A DNA stretch of 64,000 nt, from positions 800,409 through 864,408 of the forward strand of contig JADKHO010000004.1 in the NCBI GenBank assembly GCA_016721765.1, given 5' to 3'. Below, piece after piece: positions 50,981-61,218 of the stretch. Every line of letters starts with the position of its first letter. Position 1 is the first letter of the stretch. The DNA comes from Bacteroidota bacterium. Its GTDB lineage: Bacteria; Bacteroidota; Bacteroidia; UBA4408. The position numbers and the translations under genes were made by a program. The notes below the pieces were generated by a model. The model had not been told where the DNA came from, made no database searches, and saw only the letters and a program-made list of their open reading frames with translations.

Positions 50981-53900
50981 TTATTCGTGCTTTTGTTTGT
51001 CAAAATCTATTACTACCGGTGTTGCGATACAAATAGAAGAATAGGTTCCGATTACGATACCAATCAACAAAGCGAAAGAGAATCCTCGAATAACTTCACC
51101 ACCAAAAATAAAGATGGCCAACAATACAAAGAAAATAGTTAAAGATGTATTGATGGTACGGCTTAAGGTACTGTTCAACGCATAGTTAATGATTGTAGTT
51201 TGCTCTTTACCTTGCAATTCCTTTTTGTTATTGGTGCTCAAGTATTCACGAATTCTGTCAAATACCACAACGGTATCGGTCATCGAATAAGCCATTACCG
51301 TTAAAATAGCAGCAATAAAGTTAGCATCAATCTCTAAAGAGAAAGGCAATACTCCATTAAAGATGGCATAGCAGGAAAGAACGATAAGCACATCGTGAAA
51401 CAAGGCCACTACCGCTCCCAAACCATACTGCCATTTGCGGAATCGGATGAAGATGAAAATAAACATCAAAATACAAGAGAAAACAACTGCCCAAACAGAT
51501 GATACTTTAATATCGTCGGAGATATTTTCACCTACTTTTTGAGAACTCATGATTTCGTACTTACCACCCAATGTAGTTAAGCCTTCATTCATCTTCGCTT
51601 CCACTTTTGCATCCACATCAGCAGAATTATCGTCGATCAAGTAAGGTGTAGTAATTTTTACCTGATTGTCTTTACCAAATGTTTTTACTTCGGGAGCAGC
51701 AGTAAGCGGTGCAGCTAATGCTTCACGCACTTTTTCAGGTTCCATGTCTTTGTCGAAACGCACTACATAAGTTCTTCCTCCTTTAAAATCCACCCCAAAA
51801 TTTAACCCGTGCATGGTATATCCTACAATTCCTAGCGCAATGATTGCCCCAGAAAACATATAGTACAACTTACGTTTTGCAACGAAATTAATGTTAATGT
51901 TTTTAAACATGTGCTCAGTGCGTTTTGTACTGAAAGTAATCACACGGTTTTTATCAAGCATATTTTCAAAAATCAAACGAGAAATAAAAATCGCGCTGAA
52001 CAAGGAAGTTAAAATACCAATGATTAAAGTAGTTGCAAAACCTTGAATTGGACCTGTTCCAAAAACATACAAAATGATACCCAACAATAAAGTAGTGATG
52101 TTGGAATCGATTACCGATGACATGGCATTGTGGAAACCTTCTTTAATGGCCTGTTTCACCGAATTACCGGCATGCAACTCTTCACGAACCCGTTCAAAAA
52201 TCAAAATGTTAGCATCTACCGACATACCGATGGTAAGCACGATACCGGCAATACCCGGTAAGGTTAGCACTGCACCCAGCGAAGCAAGAATTCCCATGAT
52301 AAAGAATACGTTTGCAAAGAGTGCCACATCGGCCACCCAACCCGCACGGCTGTAATAGAATCCCATAAATAAAAGCACTAATATCAAGGCAATTACGAAG
52401 GATAACAAACCATTTACAATCGCTTCTTTACCTAAAGATGGACCCACCACAGCTTCTTGCACAATGCGCGCAGGAGCAGGAAGTTTACCGGCCTTAAGAA
52501 TGTTAGCCAAATCTTTCGCCTCAGTAATATCAAAGTTTCCGGTAATAGATGAACGTCCACCGCTAATTTCAGATTGTACGGTTGGGAAGGAATACACTGA
52601 GTTATCCAAAACAATGGCAACACTTTTACCAATGTTTTCTTTCGTTAAGCGTTTCCAAGTTTGAGCGCCTTCGGAGTTCATCGACATAGAAACCTCGGCT
52701 TTAGAGCTATTCTGAGCAAAATCTCCACTCGCATCTGTAATCACATTTCCTTCTAAAGGAGCACGATTTTCGCGGTTTGATTTAATTGCAACCAATTGCA
52801 AACGTCTTTCTTCTTTATCAAAAGCTTTAACCGTCCATAAGGGTCTCAAGTTCTGTGGCAACAAGCCTTTTACAGCTTGCATTTGCAGCATTTGATTCAC
52901 TTTAGCAGTATCTGCAATTAAAGCAGTTCCGATAACCGGCCCCGGAGCAGCATAAAACTGACCTTTATCGCCGCGTTGAACGGCAGGAGTTAACACTTCA
53001 AACAATGGGTTTTCTTGCTTAGCTTTAGTAGTATCATTTTTCGAAGCCAATTTATTGGTATCCTTTTTAGCTGAACCTAAAGAAGCTCCTTCACTTTCGG
53101 ATTTGTTAGCCGAAGAATCGGTTTTAGCAACATCCGCCACCGGATTCAGTTTTGCATCTGCGGAAGCGCTAGCAGTATCAGCCTTTGCAGTATCTTTTGC
53201 CAATTCAGGGTGAAGTATAGCAGCTAATTTTTCGTTTGCTTTAATTAACAAGGGAGAAATTTCACTATTGTCGTAGGTTTCCCAGAATTCCAAGTTGGCT
53301 GTTCCTTGTAATAATTTACGAACGCGTTCTTTTTCTTTTACACCTGGTAATTCAATAAGTATACGTCCTGAAATACCTAATTTTTGGATGTTAGGTTGAG
53401 TCACCCCAAATTTATCGATACGTGTACGAAGGATTTTTTCAGAGCGATCGATTGCATCGGTAGCTTCCTTGCGGATAACAGCAATAACTTCTTCGTTGGT
53501 AGATTCGTACTTAATTTTGTCTTTTAATTCTATTGTATTAAAAATAGCAGCTAATTTTCCGTTTGGAGAAACCTCTTTATAGCTTTCGGCAAAAAGGGTT
53601 ACATAGTCTTTTTGGCTATTTTTCATTTTTTGATTCGCCACTTGCAAGGCTTTGTTGAAGGCTGAATCAGTGCTATTTTTGCTCATTGCACGAATCAAAT
53701 CCACCACCGATACCTCAAGGGTTACGTTCATACCGCCACGTAAATCCAGACCAAGGTTGATTTCCTTTTCTTTACACTCACGGTAGGTGTAGTTTTTTAA
53801 CAGGATGTTATACAAGGGCAAACCAGCAATTGAATCGAGATAATGTTTGCTGATGGATTCTTTAACTGAATCGGGGTTTGCTTTTGCTGCTTCACTTAAA

Positions 53901-54043
53901 TTTTGCATGGAAGCAAATTTTGTAGCTGCATATTCGGTCGCTCTCTTCTCAGCATTGTGCGTGATGAGCGTAAACGACAATTGAAAAATACAAACAACCG
54001 CTAAGGCAATAGCGAAAAACTTAATGGCACCTTTATTTTGCAT
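50981..54043 (-). CDS. secDF: Protein translocase subunit SecDF (fused SecD-SecF)
   Basis: 1020 aa with two RND-like 6-TM bundles and large periplasmic domains. The SecD and SecF halves are recognisable. The fusion is typical of Bacteroidota. Confidence 0.9.
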   Translation of the reverse strand: MQNKGAIKFFAIALAVVCIFQLSFTLITHNAEKRATEYAATKFASMQNLSEAAKANPDSVKESISKHYLDSIAGLPLYNILLKNYTYRECKEKEINLGLDLRGGMNVTLEVSVVDLIRAMSKNSTDSAFNKALQVANQKMKNSQKDYVTLFAESYKEVSPNGKLAAIFNTIELKDKIKYESTNEEVIAVIRKEATDAIDRSEKILRTRIDKFGVTQPNIQKLGISGRILIELPGVKEKERVRKLLQGTANLEFWETYDNSEISPLLIKANEKLAAILHPELAKDTAKADTASASADAKLNPVADVAKTDSSANKSESEGASLGSAKKDTNKLASKNDTTKAKQENPLFEVLTPAVQRGDKGQFYAAPGPVIGTALIADTAKVNQMLQMQAVKGLLPQNLRPLWTVKAFDKEERRLQLVAIKSNRENRAPLEGNVITDASGDFAQNSSKAEVSMSMNSEGAQTWKRLTKENIGKSVAIVLDNSVYSFPTVQSEISGGRSSITGNFDITEAKDLANILKAGKLPAPARIVQEAVVGPSLGKEAIVNGLLSFVIALILVLLFMGFYYSRAGWVADVALFANVFFIMGILASLGAVLTLPGIAGIVLTIGMSVDANILIFERVREELHAGNSVKQAIKEGFHNAMSSVIDSNITTLLLGIILYVFGTGPIQGFATTLIIGILTSLFSAIFISRLIFENMLDKNRVITFSTKRTEHMFKNININFVAKRKLYYMFSGAIIALGIVGYTMHGLNFGVDFKGGRTYVVRFDKDMEPEKVREALAAPLTAAPEVKTFGKDNQVKITTPYLIDDNSADVDAKVEAKMNEGLTTLGGKYEIMSSQKVGENISDDIKVSSVWAVVFSCILMFIFIFIRFRKWQYGLGAVVALFHDVLIVLSCYAIFNGVLPFSLEIDANFIAAILTVMAYSMTDTVVVFDRIREYLSTNNKKELQGKEQTTIINYALNSTLSRTINTSLTIFFVLLAIFIFGGEVIRGFSFALLIGIVIGTYSSICIATPVVIDFDKQKHE

Positions 54044-54215
54044 AATAATCTATTGATTGATTTAATTTTTTTTTAAGCCTGCAAATATAGAATAAATATG
54101 AATATGAAAAGCAGTGCATTTGTATACCTTATTTTGCTTGGATTTAAGGCAGATTATAGAAGATTAAAGCTACTTTTGCAACAAAATATGTAAAAAATTG
54201 CCCGAGAATTAGTGA

Positions 54216-54923
54216 ATGATACAATTTAACGACATCCTCTACGAAGACAACCACATCATTGCCGTAAATAAAAAGCCCTCACAAATTGTGCAAGGCGATA
54301 AAACCGGCGATGCTCCCATGAGCGATTATGTGAAGGCCTATATTAAAGAAAAATATGCCAAACCCGGTGAGGTTTTTTTAGGTACTGTGCATCGCATCGA
54401 TCGGCCGGTAAGCGGCGTAGTGTTATTTGCCCGCACCAGCAAAGCATTGACACGGCTCAATGAGATGTTTAAAACCAAAGAAATTAAAAAAACCTATTGG
54501 GCAGCAGTTAAAGAAAAACCGGAAACGGAATCGGGCACCTTAATTAACTACCTCAAAAAAAACGAAGCTAAAAATCGCAGTTTTACCCATCCCGAAGGCA
54601 CTCCGGGTGCATTGCGCTGTGAACTGGACTTTAAAATAATTGCACATGCAACTCATTACTATTTGCTAGAGATTAACCCACATACCGGTAGGCATCATCA
54701 AATTCGTGTGCAACTATCAGCTATGGGAAGTTCAATTAAAGGCGATGTTAAATATGGATTTAAACGCGGAAATGAAGACGCATCAATACATTTACACGCC
54801 CGCTCGGTAGATTTTATTCATCCTGTATCAAAAGAAAAGATACATATTACCGCGCCTCCACCCGATGAAGTACTTTGGAATGAATTTTTACGTATTTTAC
54901 AGGCTCAAACCATTGATCATTAA
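54216..54923 (+). CDS. RluA family pseudouridine synthase
   Basis: 235 aa. The catalytic Asp motif HRIDRPVSGVVLFA. Confidence 0.85.
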   Translation: MIQFNDILYEDNHIIAVNKKPSQIVQGDKTGDAPMSDYVKAYIKEKYAKPGEVFLGTVHRIDRPVSGVVLFARTSKALTRLNEMFKTKEIKKTYWAAVKEKPETESGTLINYLKKNEAKNRSFTHPEGTPGALRCELDFKIIAHATHYYLLEINPHTGRHHQIRVQLSAMGSSIKGDVKYGFKRGNEDASIHLHARSVDFIHPVSKEKIHITAPPPDEVLWNEFLRILQAQTIDH

Positions 54924-54925
54924 GT

Positions 54926-55576
54926 ATGTCAGTAATCAAAACCCCTATAAAAATTTTGCTTGTCGACGACCATCAAATGATGCTCGATGGCTTGGGCTCC
55001 TTGCTTAAAAGCGAAAAGCGATTCGACTTAACCGGCTTTTGTACCAGTGCGAAAGATGCTTTAGAACTAATTGCGGCTAATCTTCCTGATATTGTAATTA
55101 CGGATATTAACATGCCCGGTATGAATGGAGTAGAGCTTACTCGAAACATCAAAAAATATTTTCCTCAAATTAAAGTGTTAGCCCTTAGCATGTTCGGCGA
55201 GCGAAGCACCATTAGCGAAATGCTGGAAGCAGGCATTTCAGGCTACATCTTAAAAAACACCGGAAAGGAAGAATTAATAAGGGCCTTGGTAAAAATTTAT
55301 GAAGGGGGGCTATTTTTTGGGGATGAGATAACCAGTGAGATGATGAAATCAATAACTGAAAAAACGGAGGTAAAAGAAGCAGAAGTGCATTTAACCGATC
55401 GTGAAATAGAAATTGTTAAGCTGATCGCTGCCGAAAAAAGCAATCTCGAAATAGCAGAAGCACTTTTTATTAGTGAACGAACCGTTGAAACCCATCGAAA
55501 AAATATTTTCCGAAAAACCAATACCAAAGGGGTTATCGGCTTATTGAAAATGGCCTTGGAAATGAAATGGATTTAA
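54926..55576 (+). CDS. Response regulator transcription factor, NarL/LuxR family (REC + LuxR HTH)
   Basis: A receiver domain (LVDDHQMM..., phospho-acceptor Asp in IVITDINMPG) and a C-terminal LuxR-type HTH (LTDREIEIVKLIAAEKSNLEIAEALFISERTVETHRKNI). No histidine kinase is adjacent. Confidence 0.85.
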   Translation: MSVIKTPIKILLVDDHQMMLDGLGSLLKSEKRFDLTGFCTSAKDALELIAANLPDIVITDINMPGMNGVELTRNIKKYFPQIKVLALSMFGERSTISEMLEAGISGYILKNTGKEELIRALVKIYEGGLFFGDEITSEMMKSITEKTEVKEAEVHLTDREIEIVKLIAAEKSNLEIAEALFISERTVETHRKNIFRKTNTKGVIGLLKMALEMKWI

Positions 55577-55910
55577 TCTTTTAAGAATTTCATCTCCCTC
55601 TTAAAATATAAATATTGGCCCCCTATCCGTGCTGGTGGGTATATAAAATTACCACTAAATACGTATTGACCGGAAACGCAGGCTTTTGGAGTTTTGAAGA
55701 AAAAATTCAAGACATGAAAGCAATCGTAAAATTAACCATCGGCGGCATCCCGGGAACTTCTCTTTAATACTCCCATATTTACGTTTTGGAATACCCTTCC
55801 CGCTAAGGAAACTTATCGAATTAAGTATTTAGCAGCTTAACATTCGCTATAAATAGCTTTGTAGCTTTTATGAAAATCGACTAAATTTCTAGTTCGCAAT
55901 ACTTAGGGTG

Positions 55911-56522
55911 CTAATAAAACAATAGCTCCCATTGTACTTTCATTCGGGCCAATGCTTCGTACAAATAAAATTTATAATTCATTGTTTTATACTCACCTGC
56001 TGAAAAGCCAATTGGATGTAATCCCATTCTTTTTGCAACAAATAGCGCACGTTCCAAATGAAGTCGTTGACTTATAATTACAACACTATCCCCTTCATAT
56101 TTTTTTGCATAGTTAAGTAGGCTTCGAAATGTGCTATTACCATTATTATCAAGCACAATTGATTTTGCCGGAATGCCTTTTTTAAGTAAAAAATCATTCA
56201 TGTCTTCGGGTTCATTATAATAGGGGCGTTTTATTTTTCCGCTGCAAACAATTCGCAGCAATTTATTTTTTGAGTTGAGTTTTACACATGCATTCATGCG
56301 GTTAGAAAAGGTTGTATTTTGCCATTCTCCCAAAGGAGAATTTCCGGCACCGAGTATTAAAACATTATGGTAATTCCCCAGCCTACTGAGTTCAGTATGA
56401 ATGTTACTACGGTTGCTAATTGAAATAAGAAAATAGTTTACTACTATAAAACACACTAGAAACAACGGTAGTATTAACACAAGAAGCAACAAACGATTAA
56501 GCCATTTTTTCATTTCCTGCAA
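55911..56522 (-). CDS. SanA/YdcF (DUF218) family membrane protein
   Basis: 203 aa. An N-terminal TM, then the DUF218 pattern (VLILGAG..., ..RMNACVKL.., ..VIISQRLHLERALFVAK). Confidence 0.7.
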   Translation of the reverse strand: MQEMKKWLNRLLLLVLILPLFLVCFIVVNYFLISISNRSNIHTELSRLGNYHNVLILGAGNSPLGEWQNTTFSNRMNACVKLNSKNKLLRIVCSGKIKRPYYNEPEDMNDFLLKKGIPAKSIVLDNNGNSTFRSLLNYAKKYEGDSVVIISQRLHLERALFVAKRMGLHPIGFSAGEYKTMNYKFYLYEALARMKVQWELLFY

Positions 56523-56678
56523 TATTACGCAAGTTCGACCGCTTGATAAAGTTTATCTATAAGTGCAAGTTTTTAAAAACAGCCAAAATCCCTATTCCCA
56601 GTGGGCTATAGTTATAAAATCAAATTCGAATGGGCAAAAATTATTTTTCAAGCGCAAGGATTTTATTATTTTTAGAGC

Positions 56679-56807
56679 ATGGAAAATTCCCCACCAAAAA
56701 GATATTTTACCAGGGCTTGGCTTAAGAAGATTGGCTGGATAGGTTTTTTCTTTTTCCTTATCAAAGGTCTTGTATGGCTTGCCCTTGCTTATTATATTGC
56801 AAAGTAA
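56679..56807 (+). CDS. Candidate small membrane protein (42 aa), not in the supplied ORF track
   Basis: atggaaaattcc...gcaaagtaa encodes MENSPPKRYFTRAWLKKIGWIGFFFFLIKGLVWLALAYYIAK, with a single hydrophobic helix. It lies in the divergent promoter region between the SanA-like and YitT-like genes. Confidence 0.25.
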   Translation: MENSPPKRYFTRAWLKKIGWIGFFFFLIKGLVWLALAYYIAK

Positions 56808-56875
56808 TTTGATGGTGTTAAGTATTGATTTTCTAATCAGTAACTTTACAGCTCTTACACAAAACCCCACACCGC

Positions 56876-57853
56876 ATGAATCCCATTCTTTCGCAACTCA
56901 TAATAAATACAGCACAAAGAGCAAAGAAAAAGAATCGCATTAAAAGAGATACGTATTCCTCCTTTGAGCTTGCAAGAGCATACCGTAAATTAAAATTAGA
57001 AGCGATTGAATTAACGAAAGATTTTTTTTTGATTACCCTAGGTATATTTTCGGCAGCGTTTGGCTTAGAAAGTTTTTTACTTCCCAGTAATTTTATTGAT
57101 GGCGGCGCAACAGGAATTGCATTACTGATTTCAGAAATAAGCAAGTTATCCCTTTCATTTTTATTAATCCTTATAAATATTCCATTCTTGTTTCTTGGAT
57201 TTAATATCATAGGGAAACAATTTGCTGTAAAAGCAGCACTTGCCATTGGTGGACTTGCAGTAGTTATAGCAACCGTTCATTTTCCAAGCATTACGCATGA
57301 CAAATTACTTGTGGCCTTATTTGGTGGATTTTTTTTAGGTGCGGGAATTGGATTAACCGTGCGTGGTGGTGCAGTGCTGGATGGAACCGAAGTATTGGCA
57401 ATCGCGCTTAGTAGAAAACTTGGTACCACCATCGGCGATATTATCATAATCATAAATGTGGTGGTTTTTTCATCCGCAGCATATTTTCTATCAATTGAAA
57501 CTGCACTCTATTCGATGATTACTTATTTAGCAGCTTCAAAAACCTTGGATTTTGTAATTGAAGGAATTGAGGAGTATACCGGTATAACGATTGTGAGTGC
57601 GCACTTCGAAGAAATTCGTGTAATGATTACTGATGAACTGCGCAGAGGGGTTACCGTTTACAAAGGACGTAGAGGCTTTGGCTCACATGGGCACAATAAG
57701 GAAGTAGATATTATTTACACGGTGGTAACGCGATTAGAGGTGAATAAAATTAATACCGAAATCGAAAAAATTGATCCCAATGCATTTGTGATTATGAGCA
57801 GCATTCGGGATACCAAAGGGGGCATGATTAAAAAAAGAGCTTTTAAACATTAA
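56876..57853 (+). CDS. YitT family membrane protein (DUF161 x2 + DUF2179)
   Basis: 325 aa. Two repeats of the GGxTG-containing YitT membrane module (IDGGATGIALL, GGAVLDGTEVLAI) and a C-terminal DUF2179-like region (GVTVYKGRRGFG). Confidence 0.75.
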   Translation: MNPILSQLIINTAQRAKKKNRIKRDTYSSFELARAYRKLKLEAIELTKDFFLITLGIFSAAFGLESFLLPSNFIDGGATGIALLISEISKLSLSFLLILINIPFLFLGFNIIGKQFAVKAALAIGGLAVVIATVHFPSITHDKLLVALFGGFFLGAGIGLTVRGGAVLDGTEVLAIALSRKLGTTIGDIIIIINVVVFSSAAYFLSIETALYSMITYLAASKTLDFVIEGIEEYTGITIVSAHFEEIRVMITDELRRGVTVYKGRRGFGSHGHNKEVDIIYTVVTRLEVNKINTEIEKIDPNAFVIMSSIRDTKGGMIKKRAFKH

Positions 57854-57985
57854 TTAATTTATTGCAAATACCGATACAATAATCTGCTTAGCCCATTTCT
57901 TTTCTTCACCTAACAAATCAAGTGCACCTTCACTGCACAATCAGTAAAAGAATTTATTTTAGCTGCTAGAATAAATTCAAAATTT

Positions 57986-59251
57986 ATGGCGCGCACACTT
58001 TGGATTACCCTTATTTCTTTATTTTTTTTTAGCAACAATTTGTTAGCTCAGCTCGATACAACTGAAACTGCCCGTCAGTTGAGTTATATTCATAAGTACG
58101 CTGAAGCTGATGCACTGCTTACTGCATTCGAAAAAACACATCCCAACGATATTAATGCTGTACGATTACATGCACAAATTTTATATTGGATGAAAGATTA
58201 TTCTGCTGCGCTTAATTTGTGTTCCTCTTATTTGAAAAACAATCCTGAATGGCATTTTTTAAAATTAGATTATGCCCGAATGCTTTATGAATTGCAGCAG
58301 TGGAAAAAAGCGAAAGTCGTTTTAATTGAATACCAGGTCGCTGGAAATTCAAACATTGAAGCAAAAAATATGCTTGCTACAATTGCCTATTGGCAAGGTA
58401 AAACCAAGACCTCTGAAAAACTTTTTAATGCTGTATTAAATTATTATCCAACAAATGAGTGGGCAAAAAACTATTTGAACGAAATCAAAAATGCCAAAGC
58501 GCCTTATGCAAAATTAACATCGTGCTACAGCAGCGATACTCAACCCATGTCGGCCTTGCATGCAGGCATTGAAACTGGTGTTTATCGTTCGCATTTGCTT
58601 GCGCCTAAATTTACTATGGAATGGCAAAAAGCTGATTCCGGAAATAGTTCAGCAACTGGCTACTCCAGCGAAATTTCGAACAAGTTTTTCTTTAGTGGCA
58701 TAAAAACAGAAATTCAATTAAGTGCTGGAATAGTGACCCCATTGGCAACAAATTCAATACATGGCATAGGAACTATTGAGGTAAAAAATCAGTTCCACAA
58801 AAATTTTTCTATCTCGCTCTGCGTTGCACGAAAAAACTATCAATACACGCTTTCCAACTTTAGCACTGCCATCATGTATACAGATTATGCCGCAACAATT
58901 TCCTTTTTCAAAGAAAAAATAGGCAGTGGCAAAACAGCTTATACGTTTCAGCAATTCGACGATAACAATTCTGTTCAACAGTATTATGCCTGGTTGCTTT
59001 CACCTGCGCTTCGCCTTTCAAAATTTGAATTTTATTTGGGATATAATTTTAATTACTCGAGCAGCCAATACAATCGCTATAATTTAACCACAACGCCTTT
59101 GCAAGCCATTGTGCAGTTTGACGAATCCGGAAAAATACCGGCTGCATACTCACCCTATTTCACTCCACAAAATCAACAGATACACTCCCTCCTGGCAAAT
59201 GTAATTTTTACTACCGGCAAAAAGACAAGTATTGCATTAAATGCAAATTAA
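57986..59251 (+). CDS. Outer-membrane TPR + beta-barrel protein (PgaA/BcsC-like exopolysaccharide export component), apparently truncated by an in-frame TAA
   Basis: Signal peptide MARTLWITLISLFFFSNNLLAQ, then about 170 aa of TPR-like helices and a beta-strand-rich C-terminal half. The reading frame continues for 83 sense codons after the TAA at 59249-59251, out to 59500, with a beta-barrel-like sequence ending ..LNLTYRF. Confidence 0.6.
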   Translation: MARTLWITLISLFFFSNNLLAQLDTTETARQLSYIHKYAEADALLTAFEKTHPNDINAVRLHAQILYWMKDYSAALNLCSSYLKNNPEWHFLKLDYARMLYELQQWKKAKVVLIEYQVAGNSNIEAKNMLATIAYWQGKTKTSEKLFNAVLNYYPTNEWAKNYLNEIKNAKAPYAKLTSCYSSDTQPMSALHAGIETGVYRSHLLAPKFTMEWQKADSGNSSATGYSSEISNKFFFSGIKTEIQLSAGIVTPLATNSIHGIGTIEVKNQFHKNFSISLCVARKNYQYTLSNFSTAIMYTDYAATISFFKEKIGSGKTAYTFQQFDDNNSVQQYYAWLLSPALRLSKFEFYLGYNFNYSSSQYNRYNLTTTPLQAIVQFDESGKIPAAYSPYFTPQNQQIHSLLANVIFTTGKKTSIALNAN

Positions 59252-59483
59252 GCAGTAGATGCAAAAGCGGAAAGCCCTTATCTCTATTTTGATAACAATG
59301 AAAACAATAAGTTAATAATTGTGCACGATTACTATTCGCAAAAATATTCCCCTCTCGAATTAAGTGCAAACCTCAAGCTTAGGCCAACAATTAAGTTCGC
59401 GATAGAGTTAACTTACAAATACCAAAAAGCATTTTATTTTGAGCAACATTCCGCCTTCCTTAATTTGACTTATCGATTTATTA

Positions 59484-61088
59484 ATGGCAAAGGACGATAA
59501 GAACTTATGGACTTTTCGTGAGGCGAAAAAAGTTAGCCCAATGGCTCGCTTCCTGCTAATTGTGCTGGTAATTGCAGGCTTTATTTCCGTGATAAGGCTT
59601 GCCAACTGGTGGTTTCGAGAAGAACACGTTGCCAATTTGGGATTATTTATTTTATTGTCGGCAGTATTTTGGTATGGGATTCTTCGCTTGCTACTAATTT
59701 GGACGAATTACCTGGCTGTAAAAAAACCTGAACCTATGCCCACTCCTGCTGGATTGCGAGTTGCCATTTTTACAACCAGCTCTCCCGGTGAGCCCCTTAG
59801 CATGTTCGAAAAAACATTAGAAGCTTGTGCAAATATCACCTATCCACATACTACCTATTTGTTAGACGACACACAAAATCCCGAATTTAAAGCTTGTGCC
59901 GAAAGGCATGGTGCAGTGTGGCTTGAGCTTGTAGGATTGCCGGGTGCAAAAGCAGGAAAGGTAAACAAAGCACTGTCGTTAACTACCGAAGAATTTGTGT
60001 TGGTATTGGATCCCGACCATATTCCCTTTCCCAATTTCTTGGATGAGGTGCTTGGATTTTTTAACGATGAAAAAGTGGGATATGTGCAAGTAGCACAAGC
60101 CTATTACAATCAATACCGCTCCTTCACCGCAAAGGGAGCAGCACAACAAACATATGGCTTTTACGGACCTACTCAAATGGGATTATTTGGAAGAAACTGT
60201 GCCGTTGCAATTGGCGCAAATTGCACCTTTCGGCGGAAAGCATTAGAATCAGCAGGTGGTCACGGAATTGGGCTGGCAGAAGATTTAATTACTGCCATTC
60301 GTATTCATGCCGAAGGATGGAAATCCATTTATCATCCGGTAATCGTGAGCCGTGGATTAGTTCCCGAAGACTTTGGCTCCTTTTGTAAACAACAATTAAA
60401 ATGGGCGCGTGGCGTGCATGAAGTGTTGTTTGCTGAAGTGCCCCGGCTTTTTAAAAAACTATCCTTCTGGCAACGCATATCTTATAGTACAATTGGAACT
60501 TACTATTTGGTAGGTACAACAACACTCATTTATATGCTCATCCCGTTTTTGTATTTGCTATTTGGGGTATTGCCGGCCAATATGCGTTTTATTGAGTTTA
60601 TTGAATTCGGAATTCCAGTTACACTTATTTCCATTTTAATTTATCTTTATGTGCAAATTTGGATGTGTCATCCAAAGGTAGAGCGCGGCTTGCACTGGAA
60701 TGGGATAATTTTAAAATTTGCCACTTGGCCGGTTTTTTTCTTAGGATTTTTGCTTTCTTTAGTGGATGGTGAAATTCCATACATACCCACAGCCAAGCAA
60801 GCTGTAACAGGTAAAGTATCGCCCTTTGCACGACCATTGCTGGCACACATTTTACTTTTTGTAATAACCGTTTTCTACACGTTGTATCAGCGAAGATACA
60901 TTGTTGCCGAAACCACTTTGGTAAAAACAGCTGAGCAAACCTGGGGCATGATTGCTTTTGCAAGTATTTCAGTTTTACTAGCTTTTGGTGGGATGTATGC
61001 TGTAATAGAGTCTAAAAGGCTTAGCGCAGAAGATCCTTGGGAAAAGATTGATGTATCCAAATTAGAATCAAAAAGGAAAGAATCATGA
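59484..61088 (+). CDS. Processive family-2 glycosyltransferase (cellulose-synthase-like / PgaC-like beta-glycan synthase)
   Basis: 534 aa. N-terminal TMs, then a GT-A domain with the D, DxD (VLDPDH) and Q(Q/R)xRW (QQLKWARG) motifs, and several C-terminal TMs. The start could also be the internal Met at 59541. Confidence 0.8.
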   Translation: MAKDDKNLWTFREAKKVSPMARFLLIVLVIAGFISVIRLANWWFREEHVANLGLFILLSAVFWYGILRLLLIWTNYLAVKKPEPMPTPAGLRVAIFTTSSPGEPLSMFEKTLEACANITYPHTTYLLDDTQNPEFKACAERHGAVWLELVGLPGAKAGKVNKALSLTTEEFVLVLDPDHIPFPNFLDEVLGFFNDEKVGYVQVAQAYYNQYRSFTAKGAAQQTYGFYGPTQMGLFGRNCAVAIGANCTFRRKALESAGGHGIGLAEDLITAIRIHAEGWKSIYHPVIVSRGLVPEDFGSFCKQQLKWARGVHEVLFAEVPRLFKKLSFWQRISYSTIGTYYLVGTTTLIYMLIPFLYLLFGVLPANMRFIEFIEFGIPVTLISILIYLYVQIWMCHPKVERGLHWNGIILKFATWPVFFLGFLLSLVDGEIPYIPTAKQAVTGKVSPFARPLLAHILLFVITVFYTLYQRRYIVAETTLVKTAEQTWGMIAFASISVLLAFGGMYAVIESKRLSAEDPWEKIDVSKLESKRKES

Positions 61089-61218
61089 CAAAATTCAAAT
61101 TAATTACCTACCGCATTGGCATTACGGTTGCAGCAATTGCACTCGGAATTTTTCTGGTGTTATTACTCACCTACATGGGACAAAATCATCCGGTCCAATT
61201 GATGATGCTTTCACAGCC

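Noticed and set aside
59252-59500. Treating 59252-59500 as an independent gene
   Set aside because: It has no start codon (no Met at all) and is in frame with the upstream TPR/beta-barrel ORF. It is better explained as the C-terminal continuation of that gene, separated by a single in-frame stop.
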